A stretch of DNA of 51,722 bases from a virus (lineage: Duplodnaviria > Heunggongvirae > Uroviricota > Caudoviricetes): IMG/VR virus record IMGVR_UViG_2579778650_000023; one strand, written 5' to 3'. Under the pieces are notes generated by a model. It was not told the DNA's origin, searched no databases, and was given only the letters and a program-made list of their open reading frames with translations. The position numbers were made by a program, and so were the translations under genes. Each line of letters starts with the position of its first letter. The stretch's first letter is position 1. Positions 1 to 10,504 of this stretch are shown piece by piece.

Positions 1-306
1 CAGAACGGTTCAGATAACCTGATACTTATAAATCGTAAAAAAAACCTTTTTTATCAGAAGATAAGAGATAGAGAATGATTGAACTGTTAAGAATTTAGTT
101 AAAATATAAACTATCAAAGTGCATAATTTTACTTTTTTGGTGACCCAGCTCGGACCTTTGATTCAATCTGGCATAGATATTGGGAAGAGATGAAAAAACC
201 GGAAATCTCAAAAAGTGCGAGGAACTAAACCAAGTGTGCTTACAGTACAAAGACAACTATGATAACCTTTGCTAAGTCAGGTTTTACACTATGGAACAGT
301 TAATAT

Positions 307-1128
307 ATGAGTGCTATAGAAAACCAAGAAACAGTTATACAAGCAGTTAATAGTTTACATCCAACAACGTTGTTTCACTTTACTAAAAATGAAGAGGCAT
401 TCTATAGCATTTTAACAGAACTTTATTTTAAACCTTTCCTTGCCCGTGAACGCATAGTCGGAGTAAAAGGAAGAAGAAATTTCGCAGTACCAATGGTTTC
501 ATTCTGTGACATCAAGCTGTCTCAGATTAAAGATCATAGTGAAAAATATGGTGAATTTGGATTTGGGTTAACAAAAGAATGGGCTGAGAAAAATGATCTC
601 CATCCTGTTCTATACATGAATCAAGGCAGTGAATTATTTTCAAAGTATAATAAAAGAATTAGAAAACTAAAGGATGCGTTAATTCCTCTATGGTCGAAAA
701 GGCATATCCCTGATAATAAAGAGCGTAAGTATTTTGAAAGCCTTAAAGAAGAGTACGCTGACCTTTATAATTTATTACGTTATATGAAAAATTATAAAGG
801 AAAATTAGAAAGGACGAACGAAAAACCCATTGAGAATTATATCTACGCTGACGAAAAAGAATGGAGATATGTACCGCATCCATTTGTTGGCGATTTATGG
901 CCTAGCCTAAATTTAGAGCGAGTGGTGGAACCTAACCAGAAGGCCGTCTTAAGTAAAAAGTTCTCTGAATTTGGTATTAGTTTTTCTTTCGATGACATTA
1001 AATATATACTTGTTCCTGATGATAGCCACATTTCCAAATTGATAACTTGCCTTATGAGTATAAGAAATTATGATCCTTATATAATAAGTAAAGTTTTAAC
1101 GATGGATAAGGTAAAACAAGATTTTTAA
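307..1128 (+). CDS. Hypothetical protein, possible Abi-family (AbiGi-like) abortive-infection/defence protein
   Basis: 273-aa ORF, visibly AT-rich and Lys-rich; N-terminal motif TLFHFTK...FYSIL...FKPF resembles Abi-type proteins as I recall them (unverified); convergent with the giant STAND gene. Confidence 0.5.
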   Translation: MSAIENQETVIQAVNSLHPTTLFHFTKNEEAFYSILTELYFKPFLARERIVGVKGRRNFAVPMVSFCDIKLSQIKDHSEKYGEFGFGLTKEWAEKNDLHPVLYMNQGSELFSKYNKRIRKLKDALIPLWSKRHIPDNKERKYFESLKEEYADLYNLLRYMKNYKGKLERTNEKPIENYIYADEKEWRYVPHPFVGDLWPSLNLERVVEPNQKAVLSKKFSEFGISFSFDDIKYILVPDDSHISKLITCLMSIRNYDPYIISKVLTMDKVKQDF

Positions 1129-1603
1129 CACTTCTACATAGAAATTTCATTAATAAACAAGAAATTAGCTTTCTTGAGGACAACTTTACCTAAAGCTGAA
1201 AAGTGCCAATTAGCAAACTTTCATCCCATAAGCTATGATATAGCACTCACTTTATTGATAAATACCGAGGTATTCATGAAAGGTCAGGTCGATATCGAAC
1301 TCCAAAGATTGATACGGGCGCGGTATAACACCGCGGTAGAAAATTGGAGTGAATGGAAATGGTTAGAAATCGGGCATGGCGTCGTCATCATATATCTCGG
1401 TTAAAATCTAAGAGAAAAACATATCGAATTGTGTTGGCTAAAACTGAAAAAGTTGTAGGGAAAATTTACTGCCCCCCTTGTGCTTGTTCTTGTTATTTTT
1501 GTGGTAATCAAAGAATTCATCACGGAGTGAACATTCAAGAGCAACGAGCTTTGCTGCGTTTTACTGATTGACTTATAAAATATTAATCTTTTCGATAATA
1601 AAA

Positions 1604-1622
1604 GGCTCCAATCCTTGGAGCC
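1604..1622 (-). terminator. Rho-independent terminator downstream of the 1587-aa gene
   Basis: Perfect inverted repeat GGCTCCAA-tcc-TTGGAGCC; on the minus strand the hairpin is followed by TTTTATTATCG; lies between convergent genes. Confidence 0.6.
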
Positions 1623-1665
1623 TAAATTGGAAAAACTCTCATTAAAACTATTATTTTCAACTACA

Positions 1666-4600
1666 TCACAGAATATTTTCCCGTGACATATAACCAACAA
1701 CCGATCCTTTCTCTACCAAAAAATCTAATATTACTAAGACCTCTTCTTTCAACTGTTTGGTTCGTCTAATTCTCTCACGCTCAGTGTTGATATACCGCCT
1801 AACCAAACATTCCAAATAATAAACAGTATCATTTTCCAATTTATTTTCCCATAACTTTTTATTAACCGACAATATTCCTGAAAGCCAGGTTATACCTTGA
1901 TTAAGATAGCAACTGGCAATGTTATTCAATGATTTGGCAAGAGAATATACAGTTGAAGGGCAATGACCCATAGTCCTAGATACATCGCAAAAGAATTGAC
2001 TATTGTTATCTTTAAATGTGTGCCAACCATTTGAATTTTCTTTCCATGGAGATTCAGCAAAAAGGTAACTTTTTATAATTTTATCTACATACCAATACCT
2101 ATCTCCATCCTTGCACAAAGTAACCACTTTATCAAAAAACAAATCCCAAACCTTCCAAAATTTGGTGTAAGTATTTAATCTATCTTCGACGAGAATAAAT
2201 TTTTTAAATAACTCTGAAATAGGCTCTGAACCGTTGAAACCTTCAAGAAAAGGTTTTATATAATCAGGAATATCGCTCACGGGCGCATGAAGCGTAAAGT
2301 AGGCAAATCTTTCCAAGAAAGACTGCCGAAGAGCGTAATCAACTCTATCTTCTCGAACACTTGACAATAGGCTTGTAGAAAATCTTTTAACAATTAAGGA
2401 AACCAATTGCTTATGTTCAATATTGACAGTATCAACTGGAATTAATTGGAAAGCCGTGTTCAAAATATGCAGATCAACTTTATCGATACCTCCCAAATCA
2501 TCTATAGATATTTTATTATCGATGACATTTGATATGCAATGCTTATAGTTATTTAAAAACACCTTATTAATATTTATTTTTTTAATGTCATAGTCTGCTT
2601 GACGATAACTTTCATGAATGATTTTTCTTGAAAGGATTACATATTTTGGCTTTAAAATCAAAAAACCAAACAATAGAGACTGCATATCATCAAAATAGTA
2701 TAGCCATAATTTATGAATCACCATACTAGGAAATACTGAGTAGCGCCCACTTGCCATTCCAATAGAGTGGTCATTAAACAGTGTCAAAAGTAATATTGTT
2801 TTTATAGTCTCCCTTTCGACTGGATAATTATGATAAATCACAGGTAAGGCTGAAATTGCCGAGGTTGTTCCATCTAGCACCTGATAATTATAGCCTTCCT
2901 TCAACGGAAGTTTAGAATACGCTAGAACAATATCTTTACAGTATTCTCTCTCTTCATTATTCAGCTGATTAAAATTCTCTAATAGTAATATAGAACAAAC
3001 GTCTGCTGGTATATTACTGTTTAATAGTCGGAAATCTTCATCCTCCTCCTCATTAAGCTTGTTTATTATTTCTTTGGTCTCTTGTATCGCAATTTGCGGA
3101 TTGTCCTCATACATTCCATAATTCTTATAACGTTCATCCTTTTCTCTTTTATAGCTTGCCCATAGCTTCAGCGTCATATACTTCATATGCTCGGAATTTT
3201 TCTTTATTGCTTCCTCACTATATTGCTTTAGTTTTGGGTCAATCTCAGGATTGAATGATATCTCAATCCCTTCATCTTTCTCCTTAGTAGTTATATTCAT
3301 CTTTCGCCGATCCATTCTTGCCAAGCAGAGCCTCCACGTCTTATCGGCTTCAGTTTCTTGAGCTTCATCTGGAAGCTGATTATAGTATTTGTCGAAAATA
3401 TCCCATAGCACTTGTTGCCTTTCTATGGCATCTTTCTCCGTTACATTTTCACTTCTGAAAATTTGATAATGCAAGGCAAGATTTTCAAGATGAGTATTTC
3501 TATGCACATCATCGCAAGCTTTAATTCTATCTTCTTCGTGCAAAGAGTTTCTGTAATCTGCACCGCCAAAGCCATCCCTGAGGGAGATTAATGAACTTTT
3601 ATGTGTTCTGTCTAGAACCATTCGATTCATATCAAAATGGAAGAAATCCTTTGTTTGGAATAGTACTTTAGCTACATTGAATGTCTTCTCAGGGAATGCA
3701 AGTACAATACTAGTAACTACTGCGGAGATAGAAGCTGACTTGGTATTTCTCAACAAAAAGAGAAGCCAACTTTCCAACACTTTCGAGTCTGCATTTTTAA
3801 AATTCTCAAGAAAAATTTTTTCCAATGCCATATGAATTGATGAAAGTAAGTAGGTAGAGACCTGTGTTCCTCGATATGAGCACCACAGACGATTGCATAT
3901 ATATTGCTTTATAAACTTTCCTTCTTCAATAAAGACATCGACTTCTTCAATTTCGTTTTTAGCAAAGCGGGAGTGGGCAAAACATATCGTTGTCTTGTTC
4001 GTAAAATCAAGAATAAAGTCTATTGTTTTTTTGAACTGTGATTGTAGTAACCAATATATAGGAGTCTGATATGGACTTTCTGGATAATAGTCATGATGAG
4101 ACCTAAATAGACCGAACTCATCTTCAATATCCATATGGTGATAACGTTCGCCTTTTTCTTTAAGTGGCCGATACCAGAACAGATCTGCCAATTGTAGAAC
4201 ATATTCCGGGAGAGATACCCAAACCGGATGTGAATCTAAGTCAGTAAGGATTAAGGTCATAAGATCGAAATATGGGGTACCGTGCTCGTTCCACTTATTT
4301 TTTAGAATCTTAACTAAAATCTCTTCCATTTCAGGTTTAATCATGGCCGCCCCATGAAGAATCGTATGCAGAATATTTTTCTCATTATCCCTTCCGGATA
4401 AATAGACATCCTCATCTATAGTCCATTGATAATATTTTAGGGCTATCAAACTAGATAATCGAGTCGTTTCACCCACTTTGTTTCTTTGATTCCACTCTTG
4501 AATCACTGGAAGTATAAAATTAATATTTCTGAACCCAATTTCATCTAAATTTTCATGGATAAATTGGATCACACTCTGCCAACCAGTTCCCTTAGGCTTA

Positions 4601-6429
4601 GTAAGAACATATTTAATGGAAAGTAGATCTGAATTACTTACACCTAACTGTTTAAGCAGATCGTAATCAACGTCCTTGCAAGCAAGCCTCAATAAGAAAG
4701 TAAGTCTTTTTAAAAGATTCTGGTCACTACTAAGTAAATATCGTTTAAAGTAATTAAAAAATATGCCTGAATTGTCGGAAAGAAGGACAGCTACCCATAA
4801 CTCGTCTTTCCAAAATTTTGATATTCCTTCTCCACAGACTATTTCTGCGATAAAAGGCTTTATGGACTGGTCATCTAAAAGTAATCGTTCAGATATCCAA
4901 TTCCGAAAACTACGGCGAACAGGAAGTGATTCTCCTATCTTTTCGAAGAACTCGTTATTGTTCGCTTTACGGATATAATCGACGGAAATTTTCTTTTCTA
5001 ATGCCCATTCCTCATATATATCATGTGTAATGAAGTAACCAGCAGCTTCATAGCCGACAATTCCGTCTTTAACTAACGCATCTAAAATTCCAGTATCACA
5101 TGTCGGAGAGACAAAAAATTGGCCCTCACTAGCCCGCTGAAAAGCAGTCGCTAAGAAACACTGCTCCCGAGAAGGTTTATTTTTGACGACAATCTTATTC
5201 CAGAGCTTTTCTTTGAAGCTCGCATAATCGATGCTTTCACCGGTATAGAACCTCAGATATTCACTTAGATAAAATGGATTTTTGATTAGTTCTAATAATC
5301 GAACATCTTGAGGAAGGCTAAATCCATTATTATCAGATAACTCTATTAGCTCGTCGCGTTCAAGGTTCTTTATTACTAAGTTTCCAGGAGTTATCTTATA
5401 AATATCTATGAAAGCATAGTTCAGATCTGCCAAGTAGTTGTTACGGGTTGTGAAAATAACCTGCCATTTATCCTTTATTAAAACAGTCAGGAATTCTTTA
5501 AAAGGAACGATATTGGTCAATTCTAAAAGCTTTTCAGCAGAATCTACGACTATGACTTTACGTAATTCGTCTTGATGAGCATTAGAGAAATCGGCTAAGC
5601 CATGCGCACCGAATAGCTCATTAATGCTGTCTTTTTTAAACTCACTAGCCTTAAAGACATAGAAAGGAGTGCATTGTTTTTCAGCTTCATAAATTTTTTT
5701 GATAACTGCTGTTTTTCCAACCCCACCTTCTCCGCTGACGATGACAATTTTTTTCTGAACTAGATTCTCATGTAGAAGTTCAATGCAATGTCGTCTGTCA
5801 ATTTCAATACTTCTGTCTTTGAACTCTATATTGGTTTGAATTTCATATAAAACATTTTCTGTGTGCTTGCGCTTTTCTTCTAATAAATCAAAGATGCTTT
5901 CATTAAGGGAGAAGAAATGTTTTGCAATCTTTTCATTCTCAACTATTACAAACGGTGATTCAAAAAAACTAGCAACTCTCCATACTATTTCGATACCCGA
6001 CTCATATGCTTTCTGATCAACTTCAATTTTTATTTTGGGATCGTTACTATTTCCGACAGTTTCAAAATAATTATCAGCGTTCTTATCGTCTTCAGGCTCA
6101 TGAGACTTTCTCCCCTGCCCCCACTCTTGATTAGTATAGAAAATGATTTTACTTAATCCTGGATAAGCCTTTTTGCTTTTCCCAATCATTTCTATAAGAT
6201 CAGCTTTGTTATCCGACAATTTTGTGTCATAGAATTTAGATTGCCAACCGATAAGTTCATTATCTTTGGTTATTGGATTAGTTTCGATACCAGATTGATT
6301 CTTATATCTAAATATACCTGCGGGTATTTTGAATTCTTGACAGAACAATAAGTAGCAAAACCACTCAAAATTATCTTGAGGATTCTCATTAAATTTAGCT
6401 TTAAAGTTATCCCAGTTTGGTTTGACCAT
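1666..6429 (-). CDS. Large STAND-type P-loop NTPase (1587 aa): N-terminal domain of about 215 aa, NTPase core, about 1200-aa C-terminal region; Avs/AVAST-like antiviral candidate
   Basis: Walker A GEGGVGKT, Walker B-like VIVVDSAEK, STAND-like sensor motif VIFTTRNN; very long C-terminal region with no recognisable catalytic motif; AT-rich; AGGGG Shine-Dalgarno about 9 nt upstream of the ATG at 6429. Confidence 0.75.
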   Translation of the reverse strand: MVKPNWDNFKAKFNENPQDNFEWFCYLLFCQEFKIPAGIFRYKNQSGIETNPITKDNELIGWQSKFYDTKLSDNKADLIEMIGKSKKAYPGLSKIIFYTNQEWGQGRKSHEPEDDKNADNYFETVGNSNDPKIKIEVDQKAYESGIEIVWRVASFFESPFVIVENEKIAKHFFSLNESIFDLLEEKRKHTENVLYEIQTNIEFKDRSIEIDRRHCIELLHENLVQKKIVIVSGEGGVGKTAVIKKIYEAEKQCTPFYVFKASEFKKDSINELFGAHGLADFSNAHQDELRKVIVVDSAEKLLELTNIVPFKEFLTVLIKDKWQVIFTTRNNYLADLNYAFIDIYKITPGNLVIKNLERDELIELSDNNGFSLPQDVRLLELIKNPFYLSEYLRFYTGESIDYASFKEKLWNKIVVKNKPSREQCFLATAFQRASEGQFFVSPTCDTGILDALVKDGIVGYEAAGYFITHDIYEEWALEKKISVDYIRKANNNEFFEKIGESLPVRRSFRNWISERLLLDDQSIKPFIAEIVCGEGISKFWKDELWVAVLLSDNSGIFFNYFKRYLLSSDQNLLKRLTFLLRLACKDVDYDLLKQLGVSNSDLLSIKYVLTKPKGTGWQSVIQFIHENLDEIGFRNINFILPVIQEWNQRNKVGETTRLSSLIALKYYQWTIDEDVYLSGRDNEKNILHTILHGAAMIKPEMEEILVKILKNKWNEHGTPYFDLMTLILTDLDSHPVWVSLPEYVLQLADLFWYRPLKEKGERYHHMDIEDEFGLFRSHHDYYPESPYQTPIYWLLQSQFKKTIDFILDFTNKTTICFAHSRFAKNEIEEVDVFIEEGKFIKQYICNRLWCSYRGTQVSTYLLSSIHMALEKIFLENFKNADSKVLESWLLFLLRNTKSASISAVVTSIVLAFPEKTFNVAKVLFQTKDFFHFDMNRMVLDRTHKSSLISLRDGFGGADYRNSLHEEDRIKACDDVHRNTHLENLALHYQIFRSENVTEKDAIERQQVLWDIFDKYYNQLPDEAQETEADKTWRLCLARMDRRKMNITTKEKDEGIEISFNPEIDPKLKQYSEEAIKKNSEHMKYMTLKLWASYKREKDERYKNYGMYEDNPQIAIQETKEIINKLNEEEDEDFRLLNSNIPADVCSILLLENFNQLNNEEREYCKDIVLAYSKLPLKEGYNYQVLDGTTSAISALPVIYHNYPVERETIKTILLLTLFNDHSIGMASGRYSVFPSMVIHKLWLYYFDDMQSLLFGFLILKPKYVILSRKIIHESYRQADYDIKKININKVFLNNYKHCISNVIDNKISIDDLGGIDKVDLHILNTAFQLIPVDTVNIEHKQLVSLIVKRFSTSLLSSVREDRVDYALRQSFLERFAYFTLHAPVSDIPDYIKPFLEGFNGSEPISELFKKFILVEDRLNTYTKFWKVWDLFFDKVVTLCKDGDRYWYVDKIIKSYLFAESPWKENSNGWHTFKDNNSQFFCDVSRTMGHCPSTVYSLAKSLNNIASCYLNQGITWLSGILSVNKKLWENKLENDTVYYLECLVRRYINTERERIRRTKQLKEEVLVILDFLVEKGSVVGYMSRENIL

Positions 6430-6503
6430 TTAATTATTCCCCTATTTTTTGTAAATAACTGCCCCTACACAGAGAAATGCACCCTCGATATCGTACTCAG
6501 CAA

Positions 6504-6929
6504 CTATCTTCTTTCTCCATCAGAGCGCTCACGGTCAATCTTTGTCAGCTGCGCATTGAGTTGATGTCCTGTCATTCCATGTTTGTATGCATTGTATTGC
6601 CAGATCACAAACTGTTGTTTGTACCTCCGGTTCTCTTCCTTAAGCTCTTCGATTTCGCTTTCAAGATTCACAATCCTAGCGGCTGCAATGTTCAAACTAG
6701 CTGGACGCGGATTTTTGGGGCCACGGCCTTTAAGCGCCTCTTTCTTTGTTTGATAGGCAGTCACTATTGCCCCATGTGCATTAAGGGACTGTCTTGACGG
6801 CAACTTTCCAACCAATGGTTCTGCCGCCTCACAAATTACTGACCAGGACAGTTTTGGTTCCTGCCATCCTCGAATTAGATTCACGATGGCGTTAATGTCT
6901 CTATTGTCCAGATGCTTAGCCAAGGCCAC
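6504..6929 (-). CDS. Small protein (141 aa), fourth gene of the recombinase operon; coiled-coil-like C-terminus (ESEIEELKEENRRYKQ)
   Basis: ORF start overlaps the stop of the upstream recombinase gene (translational coupling); function unknown. Confidence 0.5.
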   Translation of the reverse strand: MALAKHLDNRDINAIVNLIRGWQEPKLSWSVICEAAEPLVGKLPSRQSLNAHGAIVTAYQTKKEALKGRGPKNPRPASLNIAAARIVNLESEIEELKEENRRYKQQFVIWQYNAYKHGMTGHQLNAQLTKIDRERSDGERR

Positions 6930-8949
6930 CTCCTAACAAAGTTGTCAAATCATCTAACATCACAGCTTCTTCACTTTCTTTGCCTTTTTGCTTGATGGCC
7001 GCAATAGACGTCTTTGCGACAACACGGCGAAGCTGGCTGAAATCATTGCCCCGGAGCTTAATCTGGGCACCATTTTCAATGTCTGGATTCTCTAAAATAG
7101 CGACTAACTCACGAAGCCGGGTGACAGTTTTCTTGTGGTATTGATACCAGCGATCAGCCCCCATCTCGCCGCGTTCTACCGCTGCATCAGCAATACAAAA
7201 CATTCGTTCCGACTTCACCAAACGTTTCTTAATTCGATCCAATATTTCTGTATCCTCGCCTTTGATACAAACCTGCTCAGTACAATTGACGCAATCTCGG
7301 AACTTCTCGCAAGGGCCCATGGTGTAATCATGCACGCAGTAGCCATACTCCGTCACATGGACTGCGGCATGATCTAACGTATTGAACTCTTGAATAGTCA
7401 CAGGAAGGTGCTTAGCCACATCTCCAGCAGGCCCAAATAGACCTTTTGAGGGATCGAGGCGTTCAGACATGCCAACCAACTCATATTCAGTCATGTGGTT
7501 GTAAGCTCGATTCTGTTTCATATCTGCCCGACCAGACCACTTGGCAATTTCCAAGTTTGAGAGCCCACCACGCTGAGCTATGGTGTTAAGTAGGTGCCGA
7601 GCTTGGTGCGAGGTTAATTTAACCCGTTCACCGTTTTCAGCATGGTAATTATAGCGATCAAAGATACTGGCATGTTTTCCATTCAAAGTCTCCCGAGGCG
7701 TCAGATCATTATTAAAGAAGTTATTGGTTGGTTTATACAATTCAATCGGTATACATCGGCGATTCCCGTGGAACTGATTTACATTAAGTGCAAACAAAGC
7801 ATTGCTGTACTTAATTCCCTTGTCTTTATCAAACCACGGAAAACCATCAGGCAATCGCGCCATAGCATGGCGCCACAGGCTTTTTAGTGTGTGCGAACCA
7901 TCTTCTTGAGCTAACCCTCGATTAAAGAGAGAAGAACGACATTGTTTTTTGGATTTACAAGCAAGACCGAGAGCCATACAAGACTGTTCCATTGTCAACG
8001 GCTCATCATCAGCGACATCAGGACAGTTAGCATGGCGGTAAAATTTATCCGGGTGTATCTCAATCCACTTGGCCAGCTGTCGAGCATTCTCAGATAACAT
8101 TTTGGTTCTAGCGATAGCTGTTTTAGCAACGCCAACCATTACAGTGGGTATCCATTTAATGCCCCCTTCATAGCCTTTACCTGCAAAGAAACGCCAACCA
8201 TAGCGTTCTATATCTTCGCTATCGGTTTCAAACACCTCACAATCTGCAGGAAGTGCTAACACTTCAGAAATGCGCGAAGGAGCAGACATCAGCATAGCAA
8301 ACACCGATGTTGTAAATATGTCTCTTTCATCCATTGGATCGTTTGCAAAAATTTCCGCAAGCGCGTTGAGGGCAATATCACTCGGTAGTTTCTTTTCCCT
8401 ATTTTTTTTAGCCTCTCTGCCTGTTTTGTTTTTGTCCTCTGCACGCCTAATGGGATTAACCCAATTTTGCACAGCACTTGATACAAGTCGATTTTCAACG
8501 ACAAACTTAGCCAGCCGCTCAATCTCTCGGCCACAATGATATGCAGCACCATCAGAGTAGTGCTGCCTTGCCAATTCAGATGCTTCATCCAGTACTGAAA
8601 TCGACAGACCATCAATATTTGCATTTCCATTTACTTGAATTAAAGCCGCCTCAATCGCACGGAGGGCCTTACTTTCATTCTTTGTCCCTGTGGGATGATG
8701 TCCCTGCTGGTAACGAAAATAGGCTTTGGCGAAATCAATGAACGCAGGGTCTTGTACCTCTCCCTGCATAGGTGTTCGCGTAATAATGCCTAGCTTGGCA
8801 AACACTGTTATGTTTGGCCAAACAGGAGCTTCCCAATTCAGATCGGAACCGAATACAATCAATTGTACTCGGCACTTGGATATGAATACTCCAAGGTTTT
8901 GTGCTGCTGTCAGCGTAGCCTTTGGTTTAAACTGGAAAATCTCAGCCAT
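6916..8949 (-). CDS. Tyrosine recombinase-family protein (third of trio, about 677 aa)
   Basis: C-terminal HQARHLL ... NRAYNHMTEYEL motifs resemble the H-x-x-R and catalytic Tyr of integrase-family proteins; start chosen at ATG 8949 with GGGAG Shine-Dalgarno, overlapping the stop of the upstream gene (alternative start 8994). Confidence 0.6.
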   Translation of the reverse strand: MAEIFQFKPKATLTAAQNLGVFISKCRVQLIVFGSDLNWEAPVWPNITVFAKLGIITRTPMQGEVQDPAFIDFAKAYFRYQQGHHPTGTKNESKALRAIEAALIQVNGNANIDGLSISVLDEASELARQHYSDGAAYHCGREIERLAKFVVENRLVSSAVQNWVNPIRRAEDKNKTGREAKKNREKKLPSDIALNALAEIFANDPMDERDIFTTSVFAMLMSAPSRISEVLALPADCEVFETDSEDIERYGWRFFAGKGYEGGIKWIPTVMVGVAKTAIARTKMLSENARQLAKWIEIHPDKFYRHANCPDVADDEPLTMEQSCMALGLACKSKKQCRSSLFNRGLAQEDGSHTLKSLWRHAMARLPDGFPWFDKDKGIKYSNALFALNVNQFHGNRRCIPIELYKPTNNFFNNDLTPRETLNGKHASIFDRYNYHAENGERVKLTSHQARHLLNTIAQRGGLSNLEIAKWSGRADMKQNRAYNHMTEYELVGMSERLDPSKGLFGPAGDVAKHLPVTIQEFNTLDHAAVHVTEYGYCVHDYTMGPCEKFRDCVNCTEQVCIKGEDTEILDRIKKRLVKSERMFCIADAAVERGEMGADRWYQYHKKTVTRLRELVAILENPDIENGAQIKLRGNDFSQLRRVVAKTSIAAIKQKGKESEEAVMLDDLTTLLGGGLG

Positions 8950-10504
8950 TGGCGATTGCTCCCTGTGGACTAAGCTCTTCACGACGTTTTGCACAACGCA
9001 TGATCACATCTGCCACCGCGATAATGCTGCGATCAAGTATGGCAGCAATCTGGATATCGCCGGTTATCTCTTTCACCCGTTCACGCTCGTTGAGCAGCCC
9101 CTGATAGACATCCTCATGGGGGCCATCCAGCCAAGGCTGGAAATGCATGCAGGTGTAGCAAGGAATAGGAACATTGGCACCACAAAAACCATGCTCCCCA
9201 CAAGTACCTACACCATGGCCTATCTCGGTCCTAATGCGACTGGCAGGGTCGTTACCTCGATGCGCGCCCCTCTCTGAATCGACAAGTACCCCGACAAAGG
9301 CCTGGGCGTATGGTGCTAGTTGGAAGCCAACCGCCTCATCAAGCTTTTTCACATGTTCGGGAATGTTCTTGATGTAAACGCCGGCGTTTTGGGTATCCGT
9401 ATGGTCAAGTAGTTCCGCAATCACCAATTCGCCAAATCCTTCCTTGGCAGCTCGTGTGCCCGTGGTATAGCGAAAACGACGAGCATTGATATGTAATAGC
9501 TCACCAGTACGTTCTGACCGGATATCAGATTTTTCTATGATGTACTGGAGTGTGTTGGTTATCTTTGCTGCGGGAATGTGGAGTTTGTCGGTAGCAAACA
9601 GTTGGCGGAATTCATAAGGAGACTGGACGGTAGCTAACACATCAAGATCTGGAAACAGAGGGATTTGCTGTCGGTCATCTTCCTGCAATTCAAACCCCAG
9701 ACGATTCTCAACCATTGCAATTGCATTCTTTGCCTGAGTGTTCAGAATTACCCATAGTTCTGGTGATATCGCAAAGAGCTTGAAGTTTATTCGAAAAGAA
9801 CTGCTGCGCTGCTTGGCTCGCGGCACATTCAAAACATAGAATGGCTCTCCCTTTCCATTTTTACCGCAAAGCACATCGACTGCATGAAGCAGCGAGATCT
9901 GGATGGGTCGTCGTCCTGTATGACTGATGCTAAGTGCCAAAGCCAACTCCGCTATGGTAATTAAGCTCTTTTCATAAGCCCGAACAGCCCCCTCGTTAAA
10001 CGCTGTCAGCTCATTATCCGTCAGAGGCCCTTCTTGAGGATCCTGACGCTTAACCGCATCTCCCTTACGATTACCCTTCAGCCTCCAGCCATCCAACAAA
10101 CTGATCACATCTTTGCTGATACCGGGATAACCAAGCTGGTGCCAAGTTCGAAGAAAGCCACGTATAGTTGCCAGATACCATTCCGTCGCAGGCAATAGTC
10201 TCGCCCGATAATTAATCAATACCGTATCAGTAATTTCTCTCGCATGAGTCTCTCGCAGCATGTGCTGAAACCGCATAATAATGTTCAGAGTATGAGGAGC
10301 AGATTGAGTAGAAGCATAAAATGCTAGCGTGCGTAGGCAGCCATTGAGCCCCTCACCTGACAAGTAATGGTGAATATCTACAAGAGTGGCGTGGGTATTT
10401 TTATCCAATATCCACGATGTATCATATAAGTGAAAGAAGTAGCCATTAGCCCTAGCACAGATTCGCTCGGACACTAATGCCGGTAGGAACTTACTCGTCA
10501 TCAT
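8942..10504 (-). CDS. Tyrosine recombinase-family protein (second of trio, 520 aa)
   Basis: Integrase-like motifs (HTGRRP..., RFRYTTGTRAAK, ...GVYIK); start overlaps the stop of the first recombinase gene. Confidence 0.6.
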   Translation of the reverse strand: MMTSKFLPALVSERICARANGYFFHLYDTSWILDKNTHATLVDIHHYLSGEGLNGCLRTLAFYASTQSAPHTLNIIMRFQHMLRETHAREITDTVLINYRARLLPATEWYLATIRGFLRTWHQLGYPGISKDVISLLDGWRLKGNRKGDAVKRQDPQEGPLTDNELTAFNEGAVRAYEKSLITIAELALALSISHTGRRPIQISLLHAVDVLCGKNGKGEPFYVLNVPRAKQRSSSFRINFKLFAISPELWVILNTQAKNAIAMVENRLGFELQEDDRQQIPLFPDLDVLATVQSPYEFRQLFATDKLHIPAAKITNTLQYIIEKSDIRSERTGELLHINARRFRYTTGTRAAKEGFGELVIAELLDHTDTQNAGVYIKNIPEHVKKLDEAVGFQLAPYAQAFVGVLVDSERGAHRGNDPASRIRTEIGHGVGTCGEHGFCGANVPIPCYTCMHFQPWLDGPHEDVYQGLLNERERVKEITGDIQIAAILDRSIIAVADVIMRCAKRREELSPQGAIANG

